The notes under the pieces were generated by a model. The model was given only the letters and a program-made list of their open reading frames with translations, did no database searches and had not been told where the DNA came from. From Chiloscyllium plagiosum (Eukaryota), in the NCBI RefSeq assembly GCF_004010195.1, contig NC_057726.1, positions 53,180,722 to 53,244,721 of the forward strand: a stretch of 64,000 bases of DNA, in the 5' to 3' direction. Shown here one piece after another: positions 47,301 through 56,167 of this stretch; position 1 is the stretch's first letter, and each line of letters begins with the position of its first letter. Both the position numbers and the translations under genes were made by a program.

Positions 47301-50300
47301 GGCGAGTATCTTATTGGGAGACGCTTGCAATTGACTATATCTAGGTGATGCAACAGTTAGTGTTCCATGACACAGACTGTACAGAGTCTGTTTTAAAATA
47401 CAGTTTCCTGCTGCAGAACTCTGGGAACCTGGATACACAGTAAAATTAGTTCTGTGCTTTCTGAAATATATAATACTCAACTAAATCATTCCGTCCAGAT
47501 TTTATTAAATGCTTAGTGTGAGATTTTCATATTTACTTTGCATTTTATTTATAGATTTCAATGAGATTTTTTTCTTTACAGCTGCATTTTTCCAGGACTG
47601 TATATCTGAGCAGGACCTTGATGAAATGAACATTGAAATTATTCGTAATACACTGTACAAGGTAATGGCAAAGTAACTTGAACTTTAAATGAGCTTATGT
47701 TCTCAACAACGTAAAAGATGTCAGTACTAAGAAATAAACAGATTCTCATCTTGGGCAGCCAGTATTAGCATCCAGAATGCATAAGTGGGTGCAACAGATT
47801 TGCCGTAAATACCCTCTATTGTACAATTTCCATAAATGTGAAGCACAACTAACAAAGAGGAAACCTCAACCTTTTAAAATGTACTTGAATGAGCACTAAC
47901 TGATAAAATTATGCATCTGACTAATCATGCAAAATATCCATAAATTTCATAGAGGCAACATATGCCAGTATTCCTAGACTCAAAATGTTGAAAACTGCAT
48001 TCATCTGCTTTTCACTCCTGGAGTGGAAACAGTATACATTCCAAACATCACCCAAAAAAAAGTCTTGTCTAATATTCAAGGCTATGCACTTAAGTGCTGT
48101 AAAGTGTGATTAATGTAGATTTGGCGTAGTTTTGTTTTGGTGCAGACTCCATGGGCTAAAGGGCTTCTCCTGTACTGTCTGATGTTATGAGGGTGCAATG
48201 GATTTTGTAAATCCTGTAAACACCAAAACGTGCGTGTTCTGAGACAACTATTTTGTTAGTAATAGATTTTTGGCAGTTTGGCAAAGTATGCGTGGAAACT
48301 GATATATGAAGGCTGGTAAAGTTAATTTCAATGCAAGACTTTTTTTTGGGTGATGTTTGGAATGTATACTGTTTCCACTCCAGGAGTGAAAAGCAGATGA
48401 ATGCAGTTTTCAACATTTTGAGTCTAGGAATACTGGCATATGTTGTCTCTATGAAATTTATGGATATTTTGCATGATTTTATCAGTTAGTGCTAAGTGTT
48501 AATGTGGCATCTATTGTAATACAATAAAGTAAAATTCAACTCTGCCAAAACTCAAACATATTGTTTATGCACCCATATGTAATGTGATAAAAGGCTCTCT
48601 GAGCATAAAACAGTGCAGGTTGTTCTGCAATAACACGTGTTTCATCAAGGCGAATTCATTTTAATGCACTTGACAAATAGGGAATGCTTTTTCTAAAATG
48701 TGAACTTTTAAATGTGTTGGCTAAAGTGTGATCATATCGCCAACACTTATTTGTCACGCACAATTCTTGTATAGTGCGGGGTTGCACAGGAACGTGACTA
48801 TAACCTTAATGAAGAAATTACTGTGCTTCTATGGAAATCATCGTTTTTGAGAGAGATTCTAGTGAAGTTTCGTGCATGTTCGAGCAACATTTTTGCTGAA
48901 TGTCATCAAATCCATTATCATTCAACCACAATAGGTTTGAGATATGAAAGTGGGCATTACTAGACTTTTACGACTTAATTTTTGGAAGCTTGTTTCTATG
49001 TAACTGACTTGTGTTTTCCTCATTCCTCTACTGTCAAACCCTAAGGCCTATCTTGAATCATTTTACAAGTTTTGCAAGACATTGGGAGGTACAACTGCTG
49101 ATGCAATGTGTCCTATTTTGGAGGTGAGTTTTTAAGCAGCAATACACAATGTTCTGAAACATTTTATTAATGTTAGTTTAAACTTGATGTATTATGTTTA
49201 AAGATTAAGCACAGCACCTCCGTGGTTAACGGAGGCCTCACAACACCAGGGCATCTGGTTCAATTCCACCCTCAGGCAACTCTGTGTGGGATTTGCACAT
49301 TCTCCATGTCTGAGTGGGTTACCCCTCCTCCCCTCAGTACAAAAATGTGCAGGTTAGGTGGATTGGTCATGCTAAATTGCCCATAATGTCCAGGGAAGTG
49401 CAAGCTAAGTGGATTAGCCATGGTTAATGCGGGGTTACAAGGAAAGGGTGGCAGGTGGGTCTGGGTGGGATGCTGTTTTTTTTAGGATTAGTGTGGACTC
49501 GATGGGCCGAATGACCTGTTTCCACATTAAGGATTCTAAGTCTAACTAAAAGACTGCCATGATTAAGTTTTTTGTATCACTATTTTGTGACAGTCAATTC
49601 ATTCCTTGTATGTTTTCTAAAACTCTGATTAAATTTAGATTTAGTTTCTTGTTTGTGGTTGAATTTTGAGATTTTAAAACTTTGGCTTTTTCTTCAGAAT
49701 AAAGATTAAAGCTTAGAATTTGCAGCAGTGGTTATAAATTGGTGTGGAACTGGCAGAAATACCTCAATGTAACAGCTTTAGCTAGATTGCAAAACAAACT
49801 GCTTACATTAGTTGTGATTTTATTAGCTTTGAACTGAATTTGATGTGTACGTAGACAAGCCATTATAGCTGGCCATAAATGAGTTTTAAAAAATAAACTC
49901 TACAGAATTAAGTCTAACCACTAATTCTCTCTCCTAAAACTTGACCAAGTTGCTATTTCAAATTCTAGTTAATTTCTTCTCTCAGAATTGGAACATATAT
50001 TTGTTTGTGTTTAGTAAGTAAAATGAGTATTTAATCCAACCCAATTTCAATATTTGAAATAAATTTAGCCTGTTTAATCATTGCATATTATTATCTTTAA
50101 ATTTATTTGAATGTAATAGCATTGCACAAATGTAAGCTGGAACTCTGGAGATTGTCAGATAATGCCAAACTCAGTCAAATTTGTTGAAGTTTGAGTGGGA
50201 AGACATCAGATTTCAAGTAACAACGAAATAACATCAATCAGCTTGGGGTACTAATTCACTAAAGATCAGGAAGTACAATGTCTGGGAGTGCAGATAAAAT

Positions 50301-53026
50301 TGAGATAAAATAACCACCCTTTCCTGCCACATTTTCCCCAGAACAATTCTTCACCACTCTAAATGGTCTTGATTTCTCTTGACTTGTGCAGTTTAAAAAG
50401 AAACTGTCTTTGGATCGGAATATCCCTTGCTTCATAAAATACTTGATGATGATGTCACTGGACTAGTAATTGAGAAACTAGGCTCATGTTCTTAAATTAT
50501 GCATTTGAATCCCACAATGGTGGATGAAGTTTGAATTCAATAAAATTTTGAAATATTGAAGTCTAACGATGGCCATGTAACCACAGTTGTTTGTCATTTT
50601 AGAAGAAAAATCCATCTGTTCAAGAAGGAAATCTACCATGTTTAGCATAGCTGACATGTACTGCAGACTCTCAGCAATGTCATTGATACTTAATTAGTCT
50701 CTAGGCAAATGTAGGATGAGCAATACAGGTAAATGGTGGCCCAACTGCAATGCTCACATCCTGTGAATAAATAAACTGTATTTTTTTAATGAATATGATG
50801 TTTAAAACATTTCCTATTTTGTTCTAAAAGGCTGTAAAATCACAAGCTTAGCTTTGCAGTTAGGAAATTAATTTCCATGGTTATGCAACACTAATTGAAG
50901 TGTATTAATGTGTTCATATGGACAACATATGCTGTGCAGATTTGTGTTGAGAAGAAACTAACCTATCGTGAAATTAAAACAAGATATTTTTTCTGTATTA
51001 TGTAGTTTGAAGCAGACAGGCGAGCTTTCATCATCACCATAAACTCTTTTGGGACAGAGCTGTCTAAAGAAGACCGAGCAAAGCTCTTCCCCCATTGTGG
51101 AAAATTATATCCAGAAGGTCTTGCTCAGTTAGCAAGAGCAGATGATTATGAACAGGTGAAGACTGTGGCAGACTATTATCCAGTAAGTAGTGCTGGTTTT
51201 TGTATTTAAAAATTCTGGAATAAGTTGTGCATGCTAAAATACAGACACATTTGATCTTTAAATAGCTTGCTTTTTTCTGTTACATCCTGCAATAATATTT
51301 CATACTTGATGTTCTTTTATTCATACTTCGACTTTCTTTTAAGGGAGCACTATTTGTTTTTGTTTCAAACCAAGTAATTTAATATTTAAAAGTAACTAAT
51401 TTCTTTTAACTTACAATGAACTCTATTACCTCTGATTTCTAGACTGGTTTAGATGTAGAATAAAATACGTGTTCAAGGAATTATTGCATTTTCTTTATTT
51501 GATGCACTGTAGATGCACATGTTATAAATATAAGCTCCCACTGCAGTAATAGTTTTACTTTGCATTTCACAAGACAATTGAGTTGAGTGCCAGATTCCTT
51601 CTGTACTTATTGTTTTTACCCCACAGGAATACAAATTACTGTTTGAAGGCGCTGGCAGCAATCCTGGAGATAAAACCCTTGAGGATAGATTTTTTGAACA
51701 TGAGGTATTTTATTTTTGTCACACTGAATTAAATGTTGTGTGAGGTGTTGCACTATATTCCCCAATGGCTAAGAGATGATGTGGCAGAAAAGCACCAATA
51801 ATCCTGAGTTACCTAATGTATTTTACTGCACAGTCGTATTTTAAAAATTAAAGCATTTTCTGTTCAGTCTCTCTTTGTAATAAATATTGAATGAAGTATT
51901 GCTCAGCAATGCTTTGTTAGATGCTGATTACTACCTTTATGAACTAGATGACAACCACTTAAAGCCAGTTCATTCAGATGGCCCACGTTATTCTAGATTC
52001 CTTACTGTGGAGGAGCCAGAAAAGAGGTGAGGTGACTTTGTTCTTCCTATTCTAGGCATCCAAATCTCAGCATACATGTCTCCTCTTTAATGGTGAAGAC
52101 TTGACAAGACATTTGATGAAAACCCTTAGGCTTAGAAAATTGCACTAACGTAAGGCAGCCTGTGTTTATGCACTTGCATGTTCTAAGGTTTTTTGATTAC
52201 TGGTGTTTTGATGCAACACAAATATTTTGTTAAATCATCAATAATATAGAAGTAACATTAATTGTATGTGGCTGACTCCTGTCGAGTCGCTATTTGAGAA
52301 TGACAGGTAATTTACATGCCATGGATGGAATTTGGAAAGAACTTTCCATTCTTTATTCATCAGCTATTCAGAATCTGGAATTTGAAAAATGCAGATATTC
52401 TCATGATTGTTCAGTAATTCTAACTAGTGTATTAGATGTCTTCCTTACTGGAGTTGGAAGAATGTTTTGTGTTTCAGGTTTTGTAGAAATCCTGTGAAAT
52501 TCCAATGTAAACTTAGTAGATTTATGAAGAATAACACTTAAATGACTGTTTCAGTGGATTTTTACAAATCCAGCCACCACCAATTATGGTTGTCCCTAGG
52601 TATATAGTTTCTGTGCAACAGTAATCCCCTAGGCAAACACCACTACAGGGATGGTAGGATGTGTGAACCTGATCTTTTAGTGAACAACTGTGCACGTACA
52701 CAGAGGTTTTGAAATTAATACAGTGAGTGGCTCAGGAAGCAGTTTAAATTCTAATCCTCAATTCCACTTTGGTTTACATTAACATTTTTATGTTAAAATG
52801 TCTTTGGTGTCTACAACAGTTAAGAATTCTATCTTGCTAGCATTAATTTTGGATTGTTTTGCAGGTTAAACTGAACAAGTTGGCATTCCTTAACCAGTTC
52901 CACTTTGGGGTGTTTTATGCATACGTGAAGCTTAAAGAACAGGAATGCAGGAACATTGTATGGATTGCAGAGTGTATTGCACAAAGGCACCGAGCCAAGA
53001 TTGATAATTATATTCCAATTTTCTGA
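14254..53026 (+). CDS. ATP6V0D1: V-type proton ATPase subunit d1, spliced CDS join(14254..14383,43161..43332,44856..45034,47582..47661,49046..49123,51006..51182,51627..51704,52865..53026), 351 aa
   Basis: Exon lengths 130+172+179+80+78+177+78+162=1056 nt form one open frame with GT-AG introns. The protein runs [22 protein letters not shown]...[18 protein letters not shown] and KIDNYIPIF match vertebrate d1 rather than d2. Confidence 0.97.
15595..15805 (+). mobile_element. DeuSINE-like (SacSINE1/AmnSINE1-type) 3' fragment
   Basis: tcctggccaatat.tgtccctcaa...tcattgtcacatt...gtgactacacttcaaa...gtcatgaaaag. Confidence 0.6.
16270..16855 (+). mobile_element. Old CR1-like LINE 3' portion (second tail type)
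   Basis: Degenerate RT (gggatgttc...; aaatgccaggcaatgaccatctccaacaagagagaatc-like) and tail gctggcctagc...cccacatcccatgaat, also seen at ~46320 and ~50750. Confidence 0.6.
18815..19345 (-). mobile_element. CR1 LINE 3' portion
   Basis: Similar to 11114-11650 but more diverged. Confidence 0.8.
19540..20265 (-). mobile_element. Old CR1 LINE fragment
   Basis: [14 protein letters not shown]...LRLQEDLD on the minus strand. Confidence 0.65.
20692..21853 (-). mobile_element. Young 5'-truncated CR1 LINE with uninterrupted RT frame
   Basis: Open frame [12 protein letters not shown]...[22 protein letters not shown]...[10 protein letters not shown]...[13 protein letters not shown]. Tandem tail (cataagac)n at 20692-20715. 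Confidence 0.95.
22165..22630. mobile_element. Probable solo LTR (same family as 25309-25883), 3' truncated
   Basis: Shares ctatggcttt, gcttgtgaggcctt, ggtggagtcaggctcccacaga and tttagctttcagtagtt blocks with the second copy. Confidence 0.55.
23108..23465 (-). mobile_element. CR1 ORF2 endonuclease fragment
   Basis: VYRPP and [23 protein letters not shown]...[13 protein letters not shown]. Confidence 0.9.
23727..23897. mobile_element. Decayed fold-back PLE mini-element (family of 46536-47012)
   Basis: Inverted tatagtccag..ggtttatttgaaatc / gatttcaagtaaacctgttggactata, and tail ggcgttggactgggg. Confidence 0.65.
25309..25883. mobile_element. Probable solo LTR inserted in an old CR1 remnant
   Basis: Starts TGTGAC, has an internal AATAAA near 25736, is homologous to 22165-22630, and CR1 3' sequence resumes on both sides. 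Confidence 0.55.
26124..26430 (-). mobile_element. HE1-like tRNA-derived V-SINE
   Basis: A/B boxes (ggcacagaggttagc, ggttcaattcc), central V-domain gtgtggagtttgcacattctccccgtg, and LINE-like tail. Confidence 0.9.
27227..27528 (+). mobile_element. HE1-like V-SINE
   Basis: cacggtggcacagtggttagc...ccgggttcaattcc...V-domain...gggccgaagggcctgtttt. Confidence 0.9.
27631..27838 (+). mobile_element. PLE terminus (third family) with hammerhead core and short inverted end
   Basis: CCA-CTGAAGG-T-GTTACC-TAGTAG-GGTAAC-GAAA-CATC-TGG at 27761-27800; inverted tctttgggttggtgatgt / acatcaccaacccaaaga. Confidence 0.7.
27840..28500 (-). mobile_element. Old CR1-like LINE fragment
   Basis: Degenerate similarity to the family at 16270 and 45830, in reverse orientation. 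Confidence 0.45.
28501..28860 (-). mobile_element. PLE 3' terminus
   Basis: pLTR with CTGATGA...GAAAC core on the minus strand at 28561-28593, and [13 protein letters not shown] end. Confidence 0.8.
28972..29272 (-). mobile_element. PLE 3' terminus running into a gap
   Basis: ggagaaagtgaggactgcaaatgctgga tail and pLTR with gacgtttcggacataagcccttcagg. Confidence 0.85.
29273..30048. other. Assembly gap
   Basis: Run of N. Confidence 1.
33770..34235 (+). mobile_element. DeuSINE-like element, decayed and interrupted
   Basis: cagtggtagc...tgagcacaaaatgtaggctg..cagtgcattactg...gccaatatttatccc..tggtcattaat. Confidence 0.55.
34745..34860 (-). mobile_element. PLE terminus (fourth family) with hammerhead core
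   Basis: Minus strand GTC-CTGATGA-GT-GCAAG-GC-GAAA-GCCTTC at 34778-34806; same family as the terminus at 63459-63495. Confidence 0.65.
35445..35845 (+). mobile_element. DeuSINE-like (SacSINE1/AmnSINE1-type) near full-length copy
   Basis: tRNA-like head gtggtagcagtcacctctgagtc..caagttcaattcc and tail ttcaaaagtacttcattagctgtaaag...gtcatgaacagtgctatataaat. Confidence 0.7.
36714..37040 (-). mobile_element. Young full-length HE1-like V-SINE
   Basis: CpGs retained, head gggcggcacggtggcacagtggttagc, (TTAGA)n tail on the + strand at 36714-36740. Confidence 0.95.
37210..37560 (-). mobile_element. CR1 3' end (family of 20692)
   Basis: accataac...ggtcatttggcccatagagtc...ggcctccacagcc...ctggctgaagaaattcc. 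Confidence 0.75.
37715..37857 (+). mobile_element. HER1/CR1 3' tail
   Basis: gagttggaccgaagggcctgtttccgtgctgtgtatctctgactcta. Confidence 0.8.
39272..39580. mobile_element. Tc1/mariner-pogo (Tigger-like) MITE
   Basis: Perfect 24-bp TIRs CAGGTACACAATCCTTTATCCAAA (39272-39295 / 39557-39580) with TA on both sides. Confidence 0.9.
39583..39925 (+). mobile_element. Old CR1 RT fragment
   Basis: [27 protein letters not shown]. Confidence 0.8.
39926..40445 (-). mobile_element. CR1 3' portion
   Basis: taagaccat tail; minus strand VQFWSPYLK. Confidence 0.8.
40446..41470 (+). mobile_element. CR1 RT to 3' end
   Basis: [40 protein letters not shown], and 3' tail. Confidence 0.9.
43161..43332 (+). CDS. 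ATP6V0D1: ATP6V0D1 exon 2
   Basis: ttacag| (D)[56 protein letters not shown](T) |gtgagt. Confidence 0.97.
44856..45034 (+). CDS. ATP6V0D1: ATP6V0D1 exon 3
   Basis: tacag| [59 protein letters not shown] |gtaagg. Confidence 0.97.
45830..46355 (+). mobile_element. Old CR1-like LINE, internally deleted
   Basis: [14 protein letters not shown] joined to the 3' tail gcccatgtcccatgagtgaatt. Confidence 0.65.
46536..47012. mobile_element. Fold-back PLE mini-element (~210-bp inverted arms, 13-nt loop) with hammerhead-derived cores, in intron 3
   Basis: Arms 46538-46747 / 46761-46970. CAC-CTGACAA-AGGAGC-GGC-GCTCC-GAAA-GCTA-GTG at 46890-46924. TSD ccaatctacagt at 46524-46535 and 47013-47024. Confidence 0.9.
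47582..47661 (+). CDS. ATP6V0D1: ATP6V0D1 exon 4
   Basis: tttacag| (A)[26 protein letters not shown] |gtaatg. Confidence 0.97.
47892..48493. repeat. Near-perfect inverted repeat (arms 47892-48067 and 48334-48493) in intron 4
   Basis: The 145-bp core has 1 mismatch by eye. The left arm has a ~16-nt insertion and the spacer is 266 bp. Confidence 0.95.
48616..48823. mobile_element. Decayed Tigger-like MITE
   Basis: Imperfect TIRs caggttgttctgcaataac ... ttaatgaagaaattactg. Confidence 0.5.
49046..49123 (+). CDS. ATP6V0D1: ATP6V0D1 exon 5
   Basis: ctaag| [26 protein letters not shown] |gtgagt. Confidence 0.96.
49216..49540 (+). mobile_element. Older HE1-like V-SINE
   Basis: gtggttaac...ggttcaattcc...gtgtgggatttgcacattctcc...gatgggccgaatgacctgtttcc. 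Confidence 0.85.
50450..50772 (+). mobile_element. Old SINE-like element with LINE-shared tail
   Basis: Head atgtcactggactagtaat...tttgaatcccac (also at ~17400) and tail tgctcacatcctgtgaataaataaa. Confidence 0.55.
51006..51182 (+). CDS. ATP6V0D1: ATP6V0D1 exon 6
   Basis: tgtag| [59 protein letters not shown] |gtaagt. Confidence 0.97.
51627..51704 (+). CDS. ATP6V0D1: ATP6V0D1 exon 7
   Basis: ccacag| [26 protein letters not shown] |gtattt. Confidence 0.97.
52865..53026 (+). CDS. ATP6V0D1: ATP6V0D1 exon 8 (last coding exon)
   Basis: ttgcag| [56 protein letters not shown]. Confidence 0.97.
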   Translation, partial: VKLNKLAFLNQFHFGVFYAYVKLKEQECRNIVWIAECIAQRHRAKIDNYIPIF

Positions 53027-54170
53027 ATTCAGTTTTCCCTTCTGCTCCAATACATGAAATACTAATTGCATTTCATCTCTACTGTTTCTAGTTGGAATAC
53101 TTTCATTTGTAAAGTGTACATTAAATTTCCTGCATATATTCCACTCATTTTTTTTTTTAAAAAGGCTTTGCTGATACTTATCTGTTTCTCCTTGAAATAA
53201 GTCTTAACGCAAACTAAATCCTGATCCTAATTTGTAATCTGTGAAGCATTGGCAAGTTGATGTACTATATTCATGAACATTGCTGTTACCTTTGTTTAAT
53301 GGTATTTTGAAAAACTAATTTTCCTAAAATTGTGGAAAATTAGCTTTACAACTTTATATTTTTGGCAAGATTGCAAATGTCAATGCTTTAACATCGCTAA
53401 TGGAGTAATTGCAACGTAAAATCAAGGCGAGAGGAAAGTTGGCATTGTATTTTCTTCAAATGTTTGAATGCCTTCATAATTTTTTTGTGATCAGTGGTAG
53501 TTTCTCAAGTGTAATGTTTAATTTCAGAAGATGCTGTAAACAGCATTGAGTAGCTAAAAATTATTTATGTTGAAGCATAGTATATGAAGTAATTATTATC
53601 TCAGATGTCCCTGGAAGAGTCACTTCTGCATGAGGTAAATGTAGTATTACTCCAGCACTCATCATAAACTTGTTTACGTTCGAGAGAATTAGCTGGCTAG
53701 GCACATGTTCACAAACAGTTTTGCTTATGTTGAAGCATCAAGTGCAAATTTTGAAATAAATTCATGACTATGGACCTAGAAGTAAAGTATTTCTGTGTAA
53801 TTTGGTAATTCATGTGCAGTGCGTAGAAAGTTCTTGAATTTTGTGTAATAATTAGGATGTAATGCTGAATAACTTCTGATTTGAAATTTAAACAAAAATC
53901 CTGTGACTTGTTGACTGCTGTATATTGTATTTGTGATCAAGTCCTTTAATAAAATGATGGCTGCTCCCTTGCAGATATCCAATTAAAATTAACTATTTTA
54001 AAATGTGAAACCAATTTAGAATCGGATGTTTAATGCAATGTTGGTAAGTCTTTAAAAATGTACAGTTCAAGATGTTTAATTTAGTAACCTTATTTTCCAT
54101 CATATTTCTGTTTATTCTAAATAAACTACTTTAAGGACATGTCAATAAACCTTTATGTTCTATTTTCTTT
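53027..54170 (+). terminator. ATP6V0D1 3' UTR with candidate polyadenylation signals
   Basis: AT-rich with no recognisable repeats. AATAAA at 53755, 53948, 54120 and 54144; the last is followed by a U-rich tract (tttatgttctattttcttttcatttt). The true end is inferred. Confidence 0.6.
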
Positions 54171-56167
54171 TCATTTTAGCAACAATTCAAATGCTTCAGT
54201 TATGTGTTTGCAATCTTAGTTTGTCTCTGAGTCTGTACCAAAGCAAGAGTGTAAAATCGCAGGAGCATGTTTAGTTTTAGGAGCTAAGATTCTACTTTGA
54301 TTCATCATCTTCTATCAGGTTTATCACCAGTTCTACACATTTTCTTTCAAGTGTGCAACTGCTCTGTTTTTCTTGATTTTGGCTCTTATCATTTTAGTAG
54401 GCTTGTTATATAACTGAAAAGGATAGTGATAACATTTACTTTCATGATAAGCGTCTCATTCCTTCCGATTCTAATTTTTGGATATTTAATTTTTTAAAAA
54501 ACCCTCGGAGAAATCCAAAGATTCCCAACTCCTGAATGAAGAGGTTTCTTAGTCTAAAACGGCTACTCAGATTGCGATTCTAGTTTTAGACTTTCTAGTC
54601 AAGGAAATGGCCTCTGGCATCCATCCTATCAAATCCTGTGAAAAATCTTACTCAATTTATAAAAAAGGACTGATTTAAATCAGATTGTATCTTATGCCAT
54701 CACACTAGTGCCAACTTCTGCTAATGTCCTTAGTGTACCTAAACCTGGTACCAACCCTGCCATATGTGAAAGCATGGTTCCATTGATGCCCAAGGTACTC
54801 TTGCTGCTTCACTCAGTGCCTTGCCTTGTCATTTGATGCCTACTTGTCAGTCTGTTCACAACCTCTCCACCTTGCACTCTGGGCCAGTGAACAGTAAGGC
54901 AGCATAGTGAGTGGGAGGGAGGCACTGAAGGGTGGGGAGCAGGGTGGACAAGTAATTATAAACTTGGATGTGAACAAATCACAATTCCATGAAGCAAATT
55001 CATTTAAAATAGTTGCAAAACATTTTATTGCTCCTACTTTTTGGTGCAGGCACCTCTGCTGGCAACGAGTCACAAGACACAGATGTAGCTGCAATGTCTG
55101 TGCAATGGCAATAATCACTGCCTTTTCCAAGTTTCTCTTTGATCTTAAAGGCAAATTCTCATCCTGGGTGCCAATTTATTGAATCTTCATTGTATCTCTC
55201 TTTCCTTCTGAAGACTGTCATTTCTTGATATAATCTGTTTTCCTAATTACTTACTCGCAACCTGTCTTTCCCTGAGCAGATTGTATCTCCTTCACGGCTT
55301 CCTTTGCCCAATTGGCTTTCTATTGTCTCCAAACCAGGAAGATTGTGCTGTGTTCCTTTAACCAAATAAATAAAAGGCTGAATATCTAAGGCCCATGGGT
55401 GACAACTGCCATGAATTACTTGTTTCTCTGTTCTTTAACCAATTCTCTTTGTACTAGAAAAGTCTGGTACCTTTTATCATTTTTGTAAATGTCGTTTCAA
55501 AATACATCTAAGAGTTTTCCTTTAGCTTGCTCTGCAACCTTAAAAAATTCAACTGTTTGTTAAACATTCTTTCAAACCCATGTTCCCTGAAATAATGTCA
55601 TTATTTTCTAAGCCTTGTTAAAACCTTAAGGAATTCAAAGCAACTGATATTAAACTAGCCAGCCTGTAGTTCTCCTTATTCTATGTTTTGAATTGCAGTG
55701 TTGCTTTTTCCACCCTCCAATCTATGAGTACTTCTCCACCATCTAGAATGTTTGTCAAGACAGACACTTTGTTTAGCGTCCCTGTCATTTCCTTATCCTC
55801 CATTACGGTTTCTCTTGTCTCAACATTGTAAGAGAAATATTTCTTTTTGCTACTCTTTCAAATGTATAAACAGAATTAGTGAGAATCAGACTCGCCTTTT
55901 ACAGCATAGAAAAAGGTCCTTTGGGTCATTGTGTCCATGGCAGTCATTTATTCTAATTCGGTTACAGGTAAAGTGCTGGAAAACAAAGTGTTCATGTACA
56001 TAAATATTTTGGGGGTTCCTGTCTCTACCATACTTAGTGTTCCAGATATCCATTATCCTCTGGATGATTTATTTTCTCAAATCCCTTCTATACCTCTTGT
56101 TCTTTACCTTAAAACTGTCCCCCACTCCCCCATCTACCTGTATCTTGGTTTCTTCTTATGGACCCTA

